Assembly: GCF_036321535.1 (NCBI RefSeq) | Contig: NC_087437.1 | Location: 44,580,001 to 44,644,000, forward strand | Length of the DNA stretch: 64,000 nt | Direction of reading: 5' to 3' | Source: Camelus dromedarius | Lineage: Eukaryota | Shown here: in pieces, positions 37,644-49,878 of the stretch | How the letters are laid out: the number at the start of each line of letters is the position of its first letter | How positions within the stretch are numbered: the stretch's first letter is position 1 | Translations under genes and position numbers: made by a program | The notes under the pieces: model-generated | Told to the model about the DNA's origin: nothing | The model's database searches: none | What the model saw: the letters and a program-made list of their open reading frames with translations, nothing else

Positions 37644-39017
37644 GTAAGTGGTAGAGGTTACGTAATATAAGAAGTATTGTGCTAGTGACAAGATTATAGT
37701 TGTAAAAGGGAAGAAAGTCTTCACTTTGGAAAAAGTTAGGTGGAATAAAATGCTGGGTTTTCTCAATAATATATAGGTTTCTTAACTGTATACAGATAAC
37801 TATTAAACTCAACGAAAGAACAAAGTTATAGCTAGCATGAAAAGTAGCTAAGTCTCTCTTCTCCATGCAAACAGTTCTTATTTTATGGTTTTGAAATAAT
37901 TTAGGGCTTCCATTATGCAAAGAGCATTAAATGAGATGATTGTGGGGAAAAAAAAGTGTGAAAACTGTGCTTATGAGTTGCTACATGGACCTACATGGAT
38001 GATAATGTGTGAAAACAAATACGAATATGAGGCTGAGTCATTTAAACTGGTGCATTAAATGATTGTATAATACTATCTTTGAAATATAAAAGATTTAAAA
38101 ATATAAAACTGAGGGGTAAATCAGTGTTAAGTGGGACTTTACAGAGTGCTAAGCAATTTTTTCAGGATACATTAAGTGATAAAAACCTTCATAAGTTAGT
38201 TACAATTGGAATGTAGCTGAATAATGAATAGCAGTTAAGAAATTTTAGTTAGAAAACTAGCAGCCAAAATGCAGAGGGGAAAAAAAAAAAAAGAAAAATA
38301 ATATAGACAGCCATCAAAACTGTCCCAAATAAAATGGTTTTTAAAATGTCCAATAGATAATATGACCTCCTTTTTATGAGACAAGGCAATGTAAACTAAG
38401 ATGTTTCGGCTCTAATTAATTACCCAGAAGAAGAGAATAAATAATCATTGAAGTAATTCTGAAAGTGGACATAATTAGCACCATTAATCATTGACCATAA
38501 ATTATTTAATTCAATAATAATCCTAGAAGAAAAATTAGTATTATAGTCACTTTTGCATTTAAAACTCATCATCATAATGCTGTCAGCTGAAATATATGAT
38601 GCCTTCAAATTAAGGAAAAATATGTATTTTGGTTCAATTAATATTGTGAAGATACATTAACTTCTACTGAGTGGGATAATGAGTTTAAGAAAGCCGATTC
38701 AGTAATTATCTCAGTTCTAGAATTTCTATTAAACGTGAACCTATTAGCTCTCCACACCCCCACAGAAGCTCCGACTCACTGGCACTATAAAAAATTCTAA
38801 ATAGAGTATTGAAATAAGGAAGAGGGAACCTGTGTGAAATGAGATTATAATATCACTTCTTTATAAAGATCCTTTAGAGCTGTCTGACCAGAAAAAAATT
38901 AAATGTTTAGTGTGTAATACGTATCTAGTTTTATCTGTTATCAGAAATTCTGATGTTCACTAATAAGAGCCTTAAAAACTCTGTGACTAGACAAAATATC
39001 TGAGTGTTCAAAGCCAG

Positions 39018-39580
39018 TGTAGAGCAGGAAACACTTAACTGTTCTCCTGTACCCTTTTAGGTTTCCTTGGGGCCTGGCAAATTAGACTGACAAAAGAGAT
39101 TAATGAGAGAAAAACAAGCAGAAGTTTGTTGACATGGGCATACAGAAGGGAAAGCTCAGTGATGAGTGACTCAAAGGGATGGTTAGAGCCTGGGCTTGTG
39201 TGGCATCTTAACAGAACAATAAATTCGTATTCAAGTGACAAAGGAAAAGGACTTTGAGTTTCTAAATGCCACAAACTGTGGGATGGTAAATATCTGGAGT
39301 AAATAATGGAAGATAAGGGCTAGTTAGTAAAGTTAGTTATGTGGGTGCTTCTGATGCTGTCTTTGGGCTGATAAAGATCTAGTGTTGTTTCTGGTAATTA
39401 ACGTTTGTCCTTCCCAGGAGAGAGGGGAGGGAGAACATCTTCACAAATTTATATCCTGCTTTTAAGCAAAGGAGGAGGGCAGAGAGCTAATCTTAAGTAA
39501 GTGTCTCAATTAAATTCGGGTCAAAATAATCCTTATGCCAAAGTGATACAATTTGAGGTGGCACACTCTGCTGTCTTTCA
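39018..39580 (-). mobile_element. ERV1-class solo LTR (563 bp) with 4-bp TSD
   Basis: TGTAG...TTTCA termini. CCAG duplicated at 39014-39017 and 39581-39584. The end AAAATAATCCTTATGCCAAAG...ATTTGAGGTGG resembles the 11372 LTR. Confidence 0.85.
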
Positions 39581-40724
39581 CCAGCCTTGGGAAAAATGTT
39601 TCTGGCCCTATGGGCTCCTGAGCCTTTTAATGCAGATCAGTGTAATGGATGATCTTGAGTGCTTAGAGAGCCTCAGAATCTTGCTCAGGTTACACTGGAA
39701 ATGGTGGGGCGTCGTGGTGAAAGAAACTAAAATAGATGGAAAGGGTATAAAGGGAGGTGAGAAAAGGACATTGGGAGTTCTGCATTGGTTAGTTTGGGGA
39801 AGAGTTTGGGGGACTCAGGTGAGGTGGAGAAGTAGAGAACGTGAGACAAGAAAAGAGAAGTAAATAGAAGTATTTTTGAAAATATGAATACAATCATCTT
39901 TGTATATTTTGGAAAAACTTTAGTAAAGATCGGATTTGTTTTGTCTGCTGAGCACCAGACTTCAAGTAGATGGGCCTCAAGGCAGGAGCAAGAACCCTTT
40001 GCTGGGTAGCACATACACATTGTCTGATTTGGGGCATCTGGCAAATTTTTCAAGTAAATTTTTGGTTAAAAGAGTTTCACTTTTGTCAGGTTATTGTGCA
40101 CTGCATGATTAGAGATGCAATGTTAAGTTCTTGTACAAGTACAATATGTGGTTGGATTGTATTTCTAAAGTACATTGAATGCTCGCATCCTTCCCTAATG
40201 TTCCTAGAAGCGGAAACTTTATGAGATTGAATCGTAAGCACCATTTGCCTCCCTCCGAGCAATGCAGCACACGGAAGAACTGTGTGTGAAATCTGTAATG
40301 TTGCTTTGGTTGTTCACTTTCTCATCACCCGTGGAAGATGATGTTCCAGCCTTCGTTCTGAATTTAAGACTGATTGGTACATAATAGCCTAATTGGTGTT
40401 GGTTGATGAAAAACAGTGGGGTCAATGAGAGATGTTCGTAGTGTAGAGGGCAGATAATTGGAAAGGAAGAAGAACACAGAACAGGATAGTCTGTTTTTCC
40501 ACTTGGTTTAATATTGTTTGAAAAAGGAGATGCTGTACAAGAGTTCAGCTTCAGGCACTCAGATTAAATTGTTATAGTTTGTAGCTTGTATTAAGGCTCA
40601 GACACTTAAATTTTTACACTCTTGAGAGCAATGGAAGGTGACTGAAAGCCTGTCTGTCTTAGTTCACCTGTATCAAACCTGTGTCTAAACCTTGATATCT
40701 CTAATGATCACCATTCTTTATTTT

Positions 40725-40860
40725 GTTTTTTAAGATTAAGTCACAGACACCCAGGGAGATTAAATAAGTTACTTTAGTTCGCACAGCTCTTTAGTGTCAG
40801 AGCTGTAATCCAAACCCAAGCATTCTAGTTTCAGAGTGAATTCTCATAAACATTATACAT
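40725..40860 (-). mobile_element. MIR SINE fragment
   Basis: CCCAGGGAGATTAAATAAG...CACAGCT...AGTGTCAGAGCTG...CAAACCCAAG...TTCAGAGT. Confidence 0.6.
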
Positions 40861-42324
40861 GTTGTCAATGGGGGTGGGGAGCTGGGGAAACCTCACTGGG
40901 GCAGAATCCATTTCTGCTTAAACAGCCTTCTGCTCTGTTCGTTTTAAAGAAGGTTCTTGAAATTCTCTTTAAGGGAGTGGATGGATTGCATTAGATTGAT
41001 CCTGGAATCAAATCAATATAGTAATTCTTCCAGTAATTCAGTTATATGTCCTCTGTTTCATATTTCTCAAAATAATAAAATAAAACAAAAAGTCCACAAA
41101 AGCCTAAAGGCAGGCTAAATTATTAAACGCTTCTCTCAGAATCATGCATTGGAAGGCTCCTGGGGAAAATTATCCAGCCATTTCCTCCTTCCACATACTG
41201 CAGAATCTAGAGTAATTGTGCCCATCTCAGGTGGCACTCATTTTGATTCAAGTGTGTTCTCAAACAGGCTTGATAAATATATCGACAAAAAATTAGTTGA
41301 TCTGAGAAAGAAATGGAAAATTTTATTTAAGCCTAATTTGACGATTATTACCCAGGAATAGCGTTTCAGAAAGGTTTAAGAATTGTTCCACCAGTTAGAA
41401 ATTAAGGCACAGTTATATGAGTTTTTCTGAGACAGAGGTTCTGTACATCACGTGACATATTATTGACAGTTTACATAATCCAGATCTAAGCAGCATCCTG
41501 GTGGGTCATGTGACCCCTTACAAGATCAAGAAGGAATGTTCTCTTTTAAGGAGTTGTCTTGTTGATGCCAGGAGAATGCTGCTCTTCATGGCTGAGCAAG
41601 TATTCTGCTGATGGGGGAGGTTTGGTCGATGCACAGCGCAGATGCACAGCGCACAGTGAGGGGAGAGGAGGCCAGAGGCAGAGAAGAAAATTTTATGTTC
41701 AAGTTTTTCTTGTCTTGCCATAAGTACTAATTTCACAATTGATATTTCTGAATATCCTGCTTTTGTTCTGGGCCTTCTCTGGGTGTTCTTATCAATACTC
41801 TATTTTTCCCATGATAATCTAGTATTTAAAAATGCTACCAATTTTGTAATATATAGATAAATGAAAAGCATATTATAGGGGAATGAGAGAGGGAAAACTG
41901 AACTTGCCTAGATGTTCAGAGATGAGTATGACTCACAGAAGAGGTAATATTTCCAAATTACCAAAAAAAAAAAAAAAAGAGATAAAGGAGTAAAACAGAT
42001 AGTTATAGTAAAAACTCCCAGACCCAATTATACACGCCCACCATCAACCAGGCAAGGTCTTTTTGAAAAATGTAAAAACGTTTGAATTGTTTAATGGGAG
42101 GTCAGGGATAGAGTAGATCCTCTGTACCTTTATTTTTTCACGTACAAAATACAGATGTTGGCCGAACCCAGTCGGTGATTTTCACCCAAGGCTGTTCACC
42201 AGCACCCCCCACTCCATGGTGCCTTGCAAAGGTACAATTGCCAGTACTTAGATGATTCCTGAAATCTCTTACAGCTTTACCATCATGAAAATGAGAAACG
42301 CCCCTCTTCCGAAGTACTCACATG

Positions 42325-42853
42325 TGCACAGGAAGAAAAGGAACAAAACTCTTCCTCTGCTGTCTTTGTTTCAGTGCCTAGGATCTGTGAGTCAAAATGA
42401 TAAAAGACAGATTAACAGGAGAAGAGTTTTATTTTGTATGCACAGGGGGTCTCACAGAAAAAAAGTGAAACCCCCCAAGAAGAGGTTAAATCTGGGAGCT
42501 TATATACCATTTTAACAAAGAGCAATATATTATGAAGTAAGTAGGCCAAGGAAGGGGGGTGGAGTATTTGGGTTTCTAGGGGGAAGGTAAATATACAGAG
42601 GAAACAAAAGAAAGATAATATTACTTAGTACGGTTGTGCAGACTCAAGCTGGTGATTAAGAGTCATCCTTCTCATCCTGATAAAGGAAAGGGACACATCT
42701 TTACACGTGAAAATTGATGTTATCTTTACAAAGGGACATTTGTACCCTCCTTTTTGACAGAAAGTGGCAGGCCAGCGAGAGAATTGCCTGTAGCTCAAAA
42801 CAGGTCTTAGGCTGCAGTGGCGTATTTTAGAGTGAGATATTCTGACCACTTCA
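42325..42853 (-). mobile_element. ERV1-class solo LTR
   Basis: AAAAGACAGATTAACAGGAGAA is shared with the 11372 LTR. Ends TATTCTGACCACTTCA. Possible TSD CATG/CTTG. Confidence 0.75.
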
Positions 42854-42889
42854 CTTGATTCTGGTCTCTTCTGCTTTCTTTGGCCTGAG

Positions 42890-43255
42890 AAAAATGAAAA
42901 GAAAATCTACATCTTCTTGCTCCCCTCTCCCACATTTTATGATTTTTGGTGTCCTCTTTTACATCTTCATGTTTATTCTCTTGCAGCTCATTGTAGTTAT
43001 CTCATTTACAGTTGTGGTTTTCTCCTTTCTGTAGCTTCCTGCTTCTTTTCTGTTTAGAGTAGACCTTTTGGTATTTATTTTAGGGTAGGCTTTGTGCTGC
43101 TGAATTCTTTCATTTGTGCTTCTCTGTGTAACTCTTCATCTCTCCTTCAATTCTAAAGGATGGTCTTGCTGGGTACAGCATCCTAGGTTGCATCTGTTTC
43201 TCATTCAGGACTTTGTGAATATACAGTGCCACTCCCTTCTGGCCAGCAGTGCTGC
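42890..43255 (-). mobile_element. L1 internal fragment: ORF1p C-terminus and inter-ORF region
   Basis: ORF 43110-43295 contains KVLNEKQMQPRMLYPARPSFRIEGEMKSY, matching the L1 ORF1p C-terminal motif QPRILYPARLSF. Confidence 0.85.
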
Positions 43256-43639
43256 CTGATTCCTTTATAGCCCTGTTTATTGTAGCACTTTTCATCCTCT
43301 ACCTTTGCTGAGGAGACAGTCATTTGGATGATATCCTTTGGATATATGAGATTAAATTCATGTGTACATCAAAGGTCACAGAAAAGAATAAAACATTTTG
43401 AATGATTCCAACCTCACTTAAAAATTGTTGACTGTTTCAGAGTTCAGATATTCATTAGAATAAGGTAAGGTGGTAAATGTAGTTTTGGTCAACACTTATT
43501 TTAATTTGGAGATTGGTTTGGAACATACAATTGATGAATTCCAAATGTAAAAACTTTTTTCTATTAATAGCCAATGTTAATAAATAAAAATATTTTGAGT
43601 GCACTTTTGAAAACATAATTGTTTCCAAAGTTAACTTGA

Positions 43640-43715
43640 TACACCAGAAATTGACACATTGTAAACTGACTATACTTCAATTTTTTTAAAAAGTATATTA
43701 TTGCCAAAAAAAAAA
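43640..43715 (+). mobile_element. Severely 5'-truncated young L1 with 13-bp TSD
   Basis: TACACCAGAAATTGACACATTGTAAACTGACTATACTTCAAT...poly-A, flanked by AAAGTTAACTTGA at 43627-43639 and 43716-43728. Confidence 0.85.
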
Positions 43716-43919
43716 AAAGTTAACTTGACAGTCACTCAAGTTCTGACGTCCATATTGGAAAAGTGTTGTGAAGATGAACACCTCCTTTTCCTCAAGTTGA
43801 ACATTAAGTGGTTGGACAATATGGTCTTTTAAAATTCCTTTAGAAGGAATCTTACAATGATCATTTTAAGAAAGGAATTAAAAAGCAAGGATCAGGGGTT
43901 GCATATAACTGGCAATAAA

Positions 43920-44075
43920 ATCTGTGAACAATCTGGAGATCATGGGTGCGTTTAGTACCTTGATTGAAATAATAGTATCACAGACATTATGTCCAACCTC
44001 ATCAAGATGTATGCATTAAATGTGTGCATTTTTTGTATATAAATTATGCTTCAAGAATGTAAAAAAAAAAAAAAA
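43920..44075 (+). mobile_element. Old L1M 3' end with A-tail
   Basis: CTCATCAAGATGTATGCATTAAATGTGTGCATTTTTTGTATATAAATTATGCTTCAA followed by poly-A. Confidence 0.65.
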
Positions 44076-44477
44076 GACCTTTATTAGTATACCAAATGTT
44101 ACCATTCATTTCCAATACATTTTCTTGCCTGTCTGCATCCCACATAAAAAGATGAATTTTTTTCACAGAAAATTAAGAGTAGAAATGTTCTGATCATAAT
44201 TAAAGATTTAAAGTATTTAATAAGAAATTATCTATAGTATATTTACTTACAAATATGGAATAAATTATACCTCATTTATTTCAGTGTTTACTTCTTGTTT
44301 TAATTGTTTGCATAAAAAAGCAAGTTATATTTTCAAAATATCTAGAATGTTTTCTTAAATTACTTTATACAAATTGTTACTGCCTGAATCCATATGCAGT
44401 TCAGACAAAAGCATTACTTCCACATAGAACTCATCAATTAGGGTAGGTAAAGTGGTTGTAAGTGCTCAGTGCCAAGT

Positions 44478-44657
44478 TCTAGGTTCTTTATCTTTAAATA
44501 GCAGCATCAATAGCATCTGGGAATTTATGCAACATAGAAATTTTGGGGCCCTACCCCAGACATATCGAATCAAACTCTGGCAGTAGGGCCTGAAAATCTG
44601 TTATTATAATATGCCCTCCAAGTAATTTTGATGCACACTAAAGTGTAAAACCAGTGA
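44478..44657. mobile_element. hAT-Charlie MITE, MER5A-like
   Basis: GCAGCATC...CATCTGGGAATTT...GGGCCCTACCCCAGAC...GAATCAAACTCTGG...GCCCTCCAAGTAATTTTGATGCACACTAAAGT. Confidence 0.8.
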
Positions 44658-44979
44658 TGTAGTTTATGAGGGACAGAGGATGTGCCAAGTCTGTTTCCTG
44701 GTATTGGTCTTCCATTAGAATTTATTTGAAGCCACTGAGGTTTGAATACTTATTGCAGGGACATTGATTGTTTTTTGCTAGATCATCTATCTTCTACAGT
44801 CTTAATTAAAATGTGAAGATATAATGTCATTTATCTCCTGGATTAACTCTTGGATTCTTACTTGATTTTATTTGAAAGAATTTTATGTGTTGTGAAAAAA
44901 ACACATAAAGTGAAAACACAGAATGCAAGCAGACATTCAGAGTCACTCTTGGGTATTAAAACCCTAACATTACAGTCTT

Positions 44980-45380
44980 ATTCATTCATTTGTAAATACA
45001 TACAAGTTAAGATCACGATAAATACTCTGAAAAAAATTAAAACAGAGTAAGGGGACAGAGTGTGCTGGGGGGGGCGGGTGTTGTATGTGTAGTTTCACTG
45101 CGTTATGGAGGAGGCCTTTAATGGAGAAGGTAACATGAGCGGGAAAAAACTGACTCATTTGTAAGAGTCAGTGTTCCACAGATATTTGAAAGAAAGCATT
45201 TCTAGGCTTGAGATAACAAATGCAAACACCCTGGGGCAAGAACTTGTGTTTTGTGACTGAATAATAGCAAACAGTCGAGCAAAGCTGGAGGAAAGTGAAA
45301 AATGATCAGGAATAAGGTCAGAGAGGGAAGGATGCACTTCATCATAGACCATGGTGAGGACTTTGAATTTTACTGCATGA
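44980..45380 (-). mobile_element. L2 LINE fragment
   Basis: AAAGCATTTCTAGG...AACAAATGCAAACACCCTGGGGCA...AGGTCAGAGAGG...GACCATGGTGAGGACTTTGAATTTTA. Confidence 0.65.
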
Positions 45381-45812
45381 TTTTTAACCTCTGTAGGACT
45401 CTGTATAATGAGGGGTTCTTACAGGTGATTTCTTAAGATTCCTTCTAACCCTAAAATGTTTAAATATTTGAATCTAAGTTGAGTGTGCCAGCAAACTAGG
45501 AATGAATACAAAGAGAGCAAACATAATATTGACCTTATGGAGATGTGGGGACAAATGAAAATTTTCAAAATATTTTGTAACTAAATCAAACAAGTCTTTA
45601 CAGAACGTGGGATAGAAAAGATTAACTGAGGAGCAAACCATAAAATGTATGTTTGTCCTAGAAATGTATCATGCACGGAATGAATGACCTTGAGACATAT
45701 CCAATAAACCTGTATAAATCTACAGAGGTCCTTCCACTCTCCCTAATACCCCTGCCCTTCAGTTAATTTACCTTTTTCAAGTAATAAAGGGACCTTACAT
45801 AAAGCTATCTCT

Positions 45813-46357
45813 TGTTGGGGAAATATAATTAAAAACAAAATCCTCTGCCAACCCAGAAATCCTTTCCATAAAGGTAGAAGAGAAAGAAAAATATTTTATT
45901 ATTGAATAAGCATTAAACCTGAATGAGATGTAGATCACAAACAATCTGCTAAAGAGATTGCAAAGATGGACATTTTGCCCATTTATACAGCTGAGCAGCT
46001 ACAACCCATTGCATACATTAGCTCAAGATAAACAATAACTACTAGTCTTCAGGTGAGAGGACTTGACAGCACCATTGTCACACATAGTTCATCCTAAATT
46101 CATGTGATAATTGGGGTGGTCACCAGTATTTGCTAATTTCCTTTATCCAGAGGGAAAATACATTTCTTATATCTTTATGACAAGAGGTAGGTTTGCAACT
46201 TGGACCAGAGAGCCTCTGTAATGAGGCTCCTGCTCTAGCGCAGAAATCAGGAGATGGGATGTTACCTTCTTCGATGAATGCATTTCAAAGAGATGGTTGG
46301 CTTTCTGTACCCGGGAGAATTTATTTTTCTTATACTTAATTTGTATTTGCCTTTATA
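45813..46357 (-). mobile_element. Old ERV1-class solo LTR
   Basis: TGTTGGGGAA...AACCCAGAAA...AAAGGTAGAAGAGAAAGAAAA...TTTTATTATTGAATAAGCATTAAACC resembles an antisense MER-type ERV1 LTR. About 545 bp, ends approximate. Confidence 0.65.
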
Positions 46358-46529
46358 ATCTTACTTGCAGAATAGCATATGAAAGCCAGGCACTGCCAAT
46401 TAAATGACTGAGTGTCCACAGAATAATCCTATTTTCCTTTACTTACGGGTTTAGGATAATGCTTGTAATTTTAAATAGATGCCAAAGTAATTCTTTTGCA
46501 ACTTGAAGTTCGGAGGTCGTTATATAGTA

Positions 46530-46860
46530 TCCAGCAGTACACCGTGATGGACTAACTAGGGAAGTAGGAATGGAGAGATGTAAACACATTTACAAGGTAT
46601 TTAGGAGGTGGAATCTATTGGACTTGGGGATTGACTGGATGTAAAGTGTGAGGGAAAATCATAAATCAGTGATGATAAAAAAAAAAGTTTCTGGCTTGAA
46701 CAGCTAAGAGCATTGTGGAGCCATTCACTGATCTGGAAACAATAGAGGAAGAGGATCAAATTCAATATGGGAAGGAGTGAAGCAGGGAAATAAGATGTTG
46801 ATGTGAGGGTTCTGCAGGACATACAAATAAAGGTACAGGTGTGAGGATGGTCTCCTATGA
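46530..46860 (-). mobile_element. L2 LINE fragment
   Basis: TATTTAGGAGGTGGAATCTATTGGACTTGGGGATTGACTGGATGT...GTTTCTGGCTTGAACAGCT...GCCATTCACTGA. Confidence 0.7.
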
Positions 46861-47442
46861 CATCTAACTGCCCAGGATAGAGTATATTTTAAATAGGTTA
46901 TTGTGTTAACCTTGCCCCTTACAATTTTTCCTGGTCACTCACTCTCCCTGCTGTTGGTAAGTGGTATTTTTCCTGAAGGTCTGTTGAATAAAGTTGTAAA
47001 CGAAATATTTTCTTCATCATGGCAACACAATATATTCCTAGTAAAAGAAATAATAAGTTAACCTGGGACAAATACCTCCCATGATTTTTTTCCCTTGATA
47101 ATATAGCTGAGTTAAATATGAAAATGAATCACATGGGTATTCAGGGATGCTGACTTGAATATGCAGTGAAATTTTGAATAAGCAAATTAATAAATCTTGG
47201 TAATCACGTTCATCCAACAATCTGTTTGCTGGCAACTTTTCAGCTTGAACCTTTGCTTCAGAGTGATAACAATGACTGTAACAGCTTGGATAAAATTCCT
47301 GTTGGTAAACATGATCCACTCAGGTGAAAAAATTGCAAACCCATTGTCAGAAACAATGTTTGACAATTCATATGATAAAATACCTGACCCTCAGACTTGG
47401 CTGTTGCAGGACTGTGAAAAGGACCAGAGACTCAGGATCGAT

Positions 47443-47655
47443 CTTCCTCCCTCCCTCCCTTCTCTTCCTTCTCTTCCTTCTCTTTCTTCTCTTTCTTCTC
47501 TTTCTTCTCTTTCTTCTTTTCTTTCTCTCTCCCTCTCTCTCCCTCTCTCTTCCTCTCTCTCCCTCTCTCTCCCTTCCTTCCTTCCTTCCTTCCTTCCTTC
47601 CTTCCTTCCTTCCTTCCTTCCTTCCTTCCTTCCTTCCTTCCTTCCTTCCTTCTTC
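47443..47655. repeat. Compound polypyrimidine microsatellite: 9-mer TCTCTTYCT, (CT)n, (CCTT)n
   Basis: About 210 bp of pure C/T, read directly. Confidence 0.95.
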
Positions 47656-49361
47656 AAGTGTTTACTCTAGGAAAATTGAAAAAAACACATTCATTAGAAA
47701 AGTATGTCACTTCCTAATTGTCAACTTAAAACCAAATCTGATCCACAGAGGTGTTTTGTTTGACTGTCAGTATGTTATTATTTTTGTCATAGTTGTTTTG
47801 GAATTGAATTTGAATGCTATAGTGCTCTCTTTGGACTTTAGCTTCCACTGGTCCTGCAGTTTTTCATAGTCCTACAAATGCCCTGATCTACATATTTTTG
47901 TTACTTGTTGGCCCCACAGGCTTTTGAGTCTATGATTTTCATTTCTGTGTGAAGCTATAATTTTAAGATGATAGATCACCAGAATTCAGATAAAGTCTTA
48001 TAAAATTGCATCATATAACATGCATGACTTCTATCTTATTAACAATAATAATACTTAGCAATTTTTAAAGATCATTTTGAAAACAAAACAAAGACCTAGG
48101 ATTGTTCATATTGTAGTTAATGTGTGAAGATATGGAAAATACTATAGTTGGAATAAAAATGCTTTTAAGTCGTCCTTTAATCCAATTTTGCAGCTGAAGA
48201 AAGAAGAGTTCATGGTGGGGATGAGTTCTGAGACAGATGCAATTGACTGAAAATTATTTACAGGTTGGGAACCTCAGACTTTTGTCTTATGGACTGTGAG
48301 AGAACATAGGGTCTGTCATAGAGGACACTAAAATGCTCCTGAAATTCAATGGCCAGGCGAAAAATACTGTCTTGGCAATGACATGTTTTGTCATTTTTAC
48401 TTCTCTGTGAGGTTAGGCTCATTTAAAGATGATGTTTTTATGAATTCCTTCTTCCCATTTTTTCTCTTTAGATTTTTTATCTAATCTGTCTTTATAGATT
48501 CACCCCCACATTCTCACACAGACTATAAATGAGGATGCTTGCATATATCTGCAAGAGTGCACACAGATATGTAGTGTTAAGGTATTTATGATGATTGGTA
48601 CTAGGGTAATTAATGTTTGAATCTACGGTTGAAATTACGAAGTAAGCCAGCCCTAGTGATGAAACCATATTCCTGCCTTAAATTTCCCACACACAAGAGA
48701 TCAGTAGACAACATTTCTGATACAGTAAACATACATTTATCATTTCTACTGACAAGCAGCACTCTTCCCCTCAACTTCACATCCTTATACACATTTGCTG
48801 CTTTTCAAATAAAGAATTAGCAGCTGAATCTTTTTAATGGCACCTGTGCAGCTGACAGGGTATTAGGGAAAGTGCCACATTTGATGGAGATACAAGTCTG
48901 TGCTTGGTTTTGTGCTAAGTGACCTGAGCATCCTCATGATGACACGATGCCTTGTTCAGACCTTGGAGGAGTTTTAGTATGTAATTACTTTGAAAGACTG
49001 CCAGACTGGTTTCAAACTCTATCAGGCATTTAAGGTCAAAAATCTTCACTTCTGATTATTTCTTAAATATGTACTGTTCTCCAGTTTCTTCACTGCTTTA
49101 AGGTTTAGAGAGGATCAACCTGCTGAATCAATTTTGGAAAAAACTCTGAAAGCCTATTTAAAAAATTAACAACACAGATGAAAGAAATAGATTATTTCCA
49201 GTTTTCTGGATTTGATTCTTACATAACATATTGCAAAAGTATTTTACTTCCAACACTTAGACATCCTGAATGTTCTACATTTATGGAAATGGAAAATGAA
49301 AAAAAGTTGTAAAAATTAATGAATTTCTTTTCTTACATTCTTTCTGAAAGAAAGATACACT

Positions 49362-49878
49362 TGTTGACTGAAAAAAAATGTACAACCTGAAAGTTGAAAG
49401 TTGTGTTTTATTCCGTGGACTTTCTGAGGACTCAAGCCCGGGAGGCAGCCTTTCACAAAGCTTTAAGGGACTGCTCCAAAGAGGTAAAGGAGGAACCAGT
49501 ATATATAGGAGTTTTGCAAAAAAGACCAGTAGTCAGAACATCAAAAGATTGCAGTTAATTAAAGAAAACCAGATATCTCAAGTTAAAGAATTTTGCAGTT
49601 TTCTATGTGTGGGAGAATGCAAGAGTCTGGGCTGATTTAAACCATTCCTTTGATATGTACTTTAGCTGTCTAGGGCCAGTATCCTATACTTTCTCTTCCT
49701 GAGTCTCCTCAGGGTGCACTGCTTGAGGATGGCTGTGGTTTATAGCTCCATGGCAGACATCCTGTTTCCATCCTGAGTTCCCTTGTAGCTCACTTTTGGG
49801 GGTGACTACAATGGCTGATGGCTAGATGGCCGTAACATCCTTTGTTACTGATATGGCAGGCGACATTCTTAGTCCACT
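49362..49878 (-). mobile_element. ERV1-class solo LTR
   Basis: TGTTGACTGAAAAAAAATGTACAACC...TTTTATT...GATATGGCAGGCGACATTCTTAGTCCAC. Possible TSD CACT/GACT. Related to the 34844 LTR. Confidence 0.8.

Noticed and set aside
41628..41653. 13-bp perfect tandem duplication GATGCACAGCGCA x2
   Set aside because: Ordinary slippage duplication with no further structure.
47197..47869. Three overlapping ORFs of 88-181 aa
   Set aside because: They are open only because they cross the stop-free CT microsatellite. The peptides are low complexity.
48656..48720. C/D-box snoRNA (GTGATGA...CTGA about 65 nt apart)
   Set aside because: No convincing terminal stem and no recognisable rRNA/snRNA guide. These motifs are common by chance.
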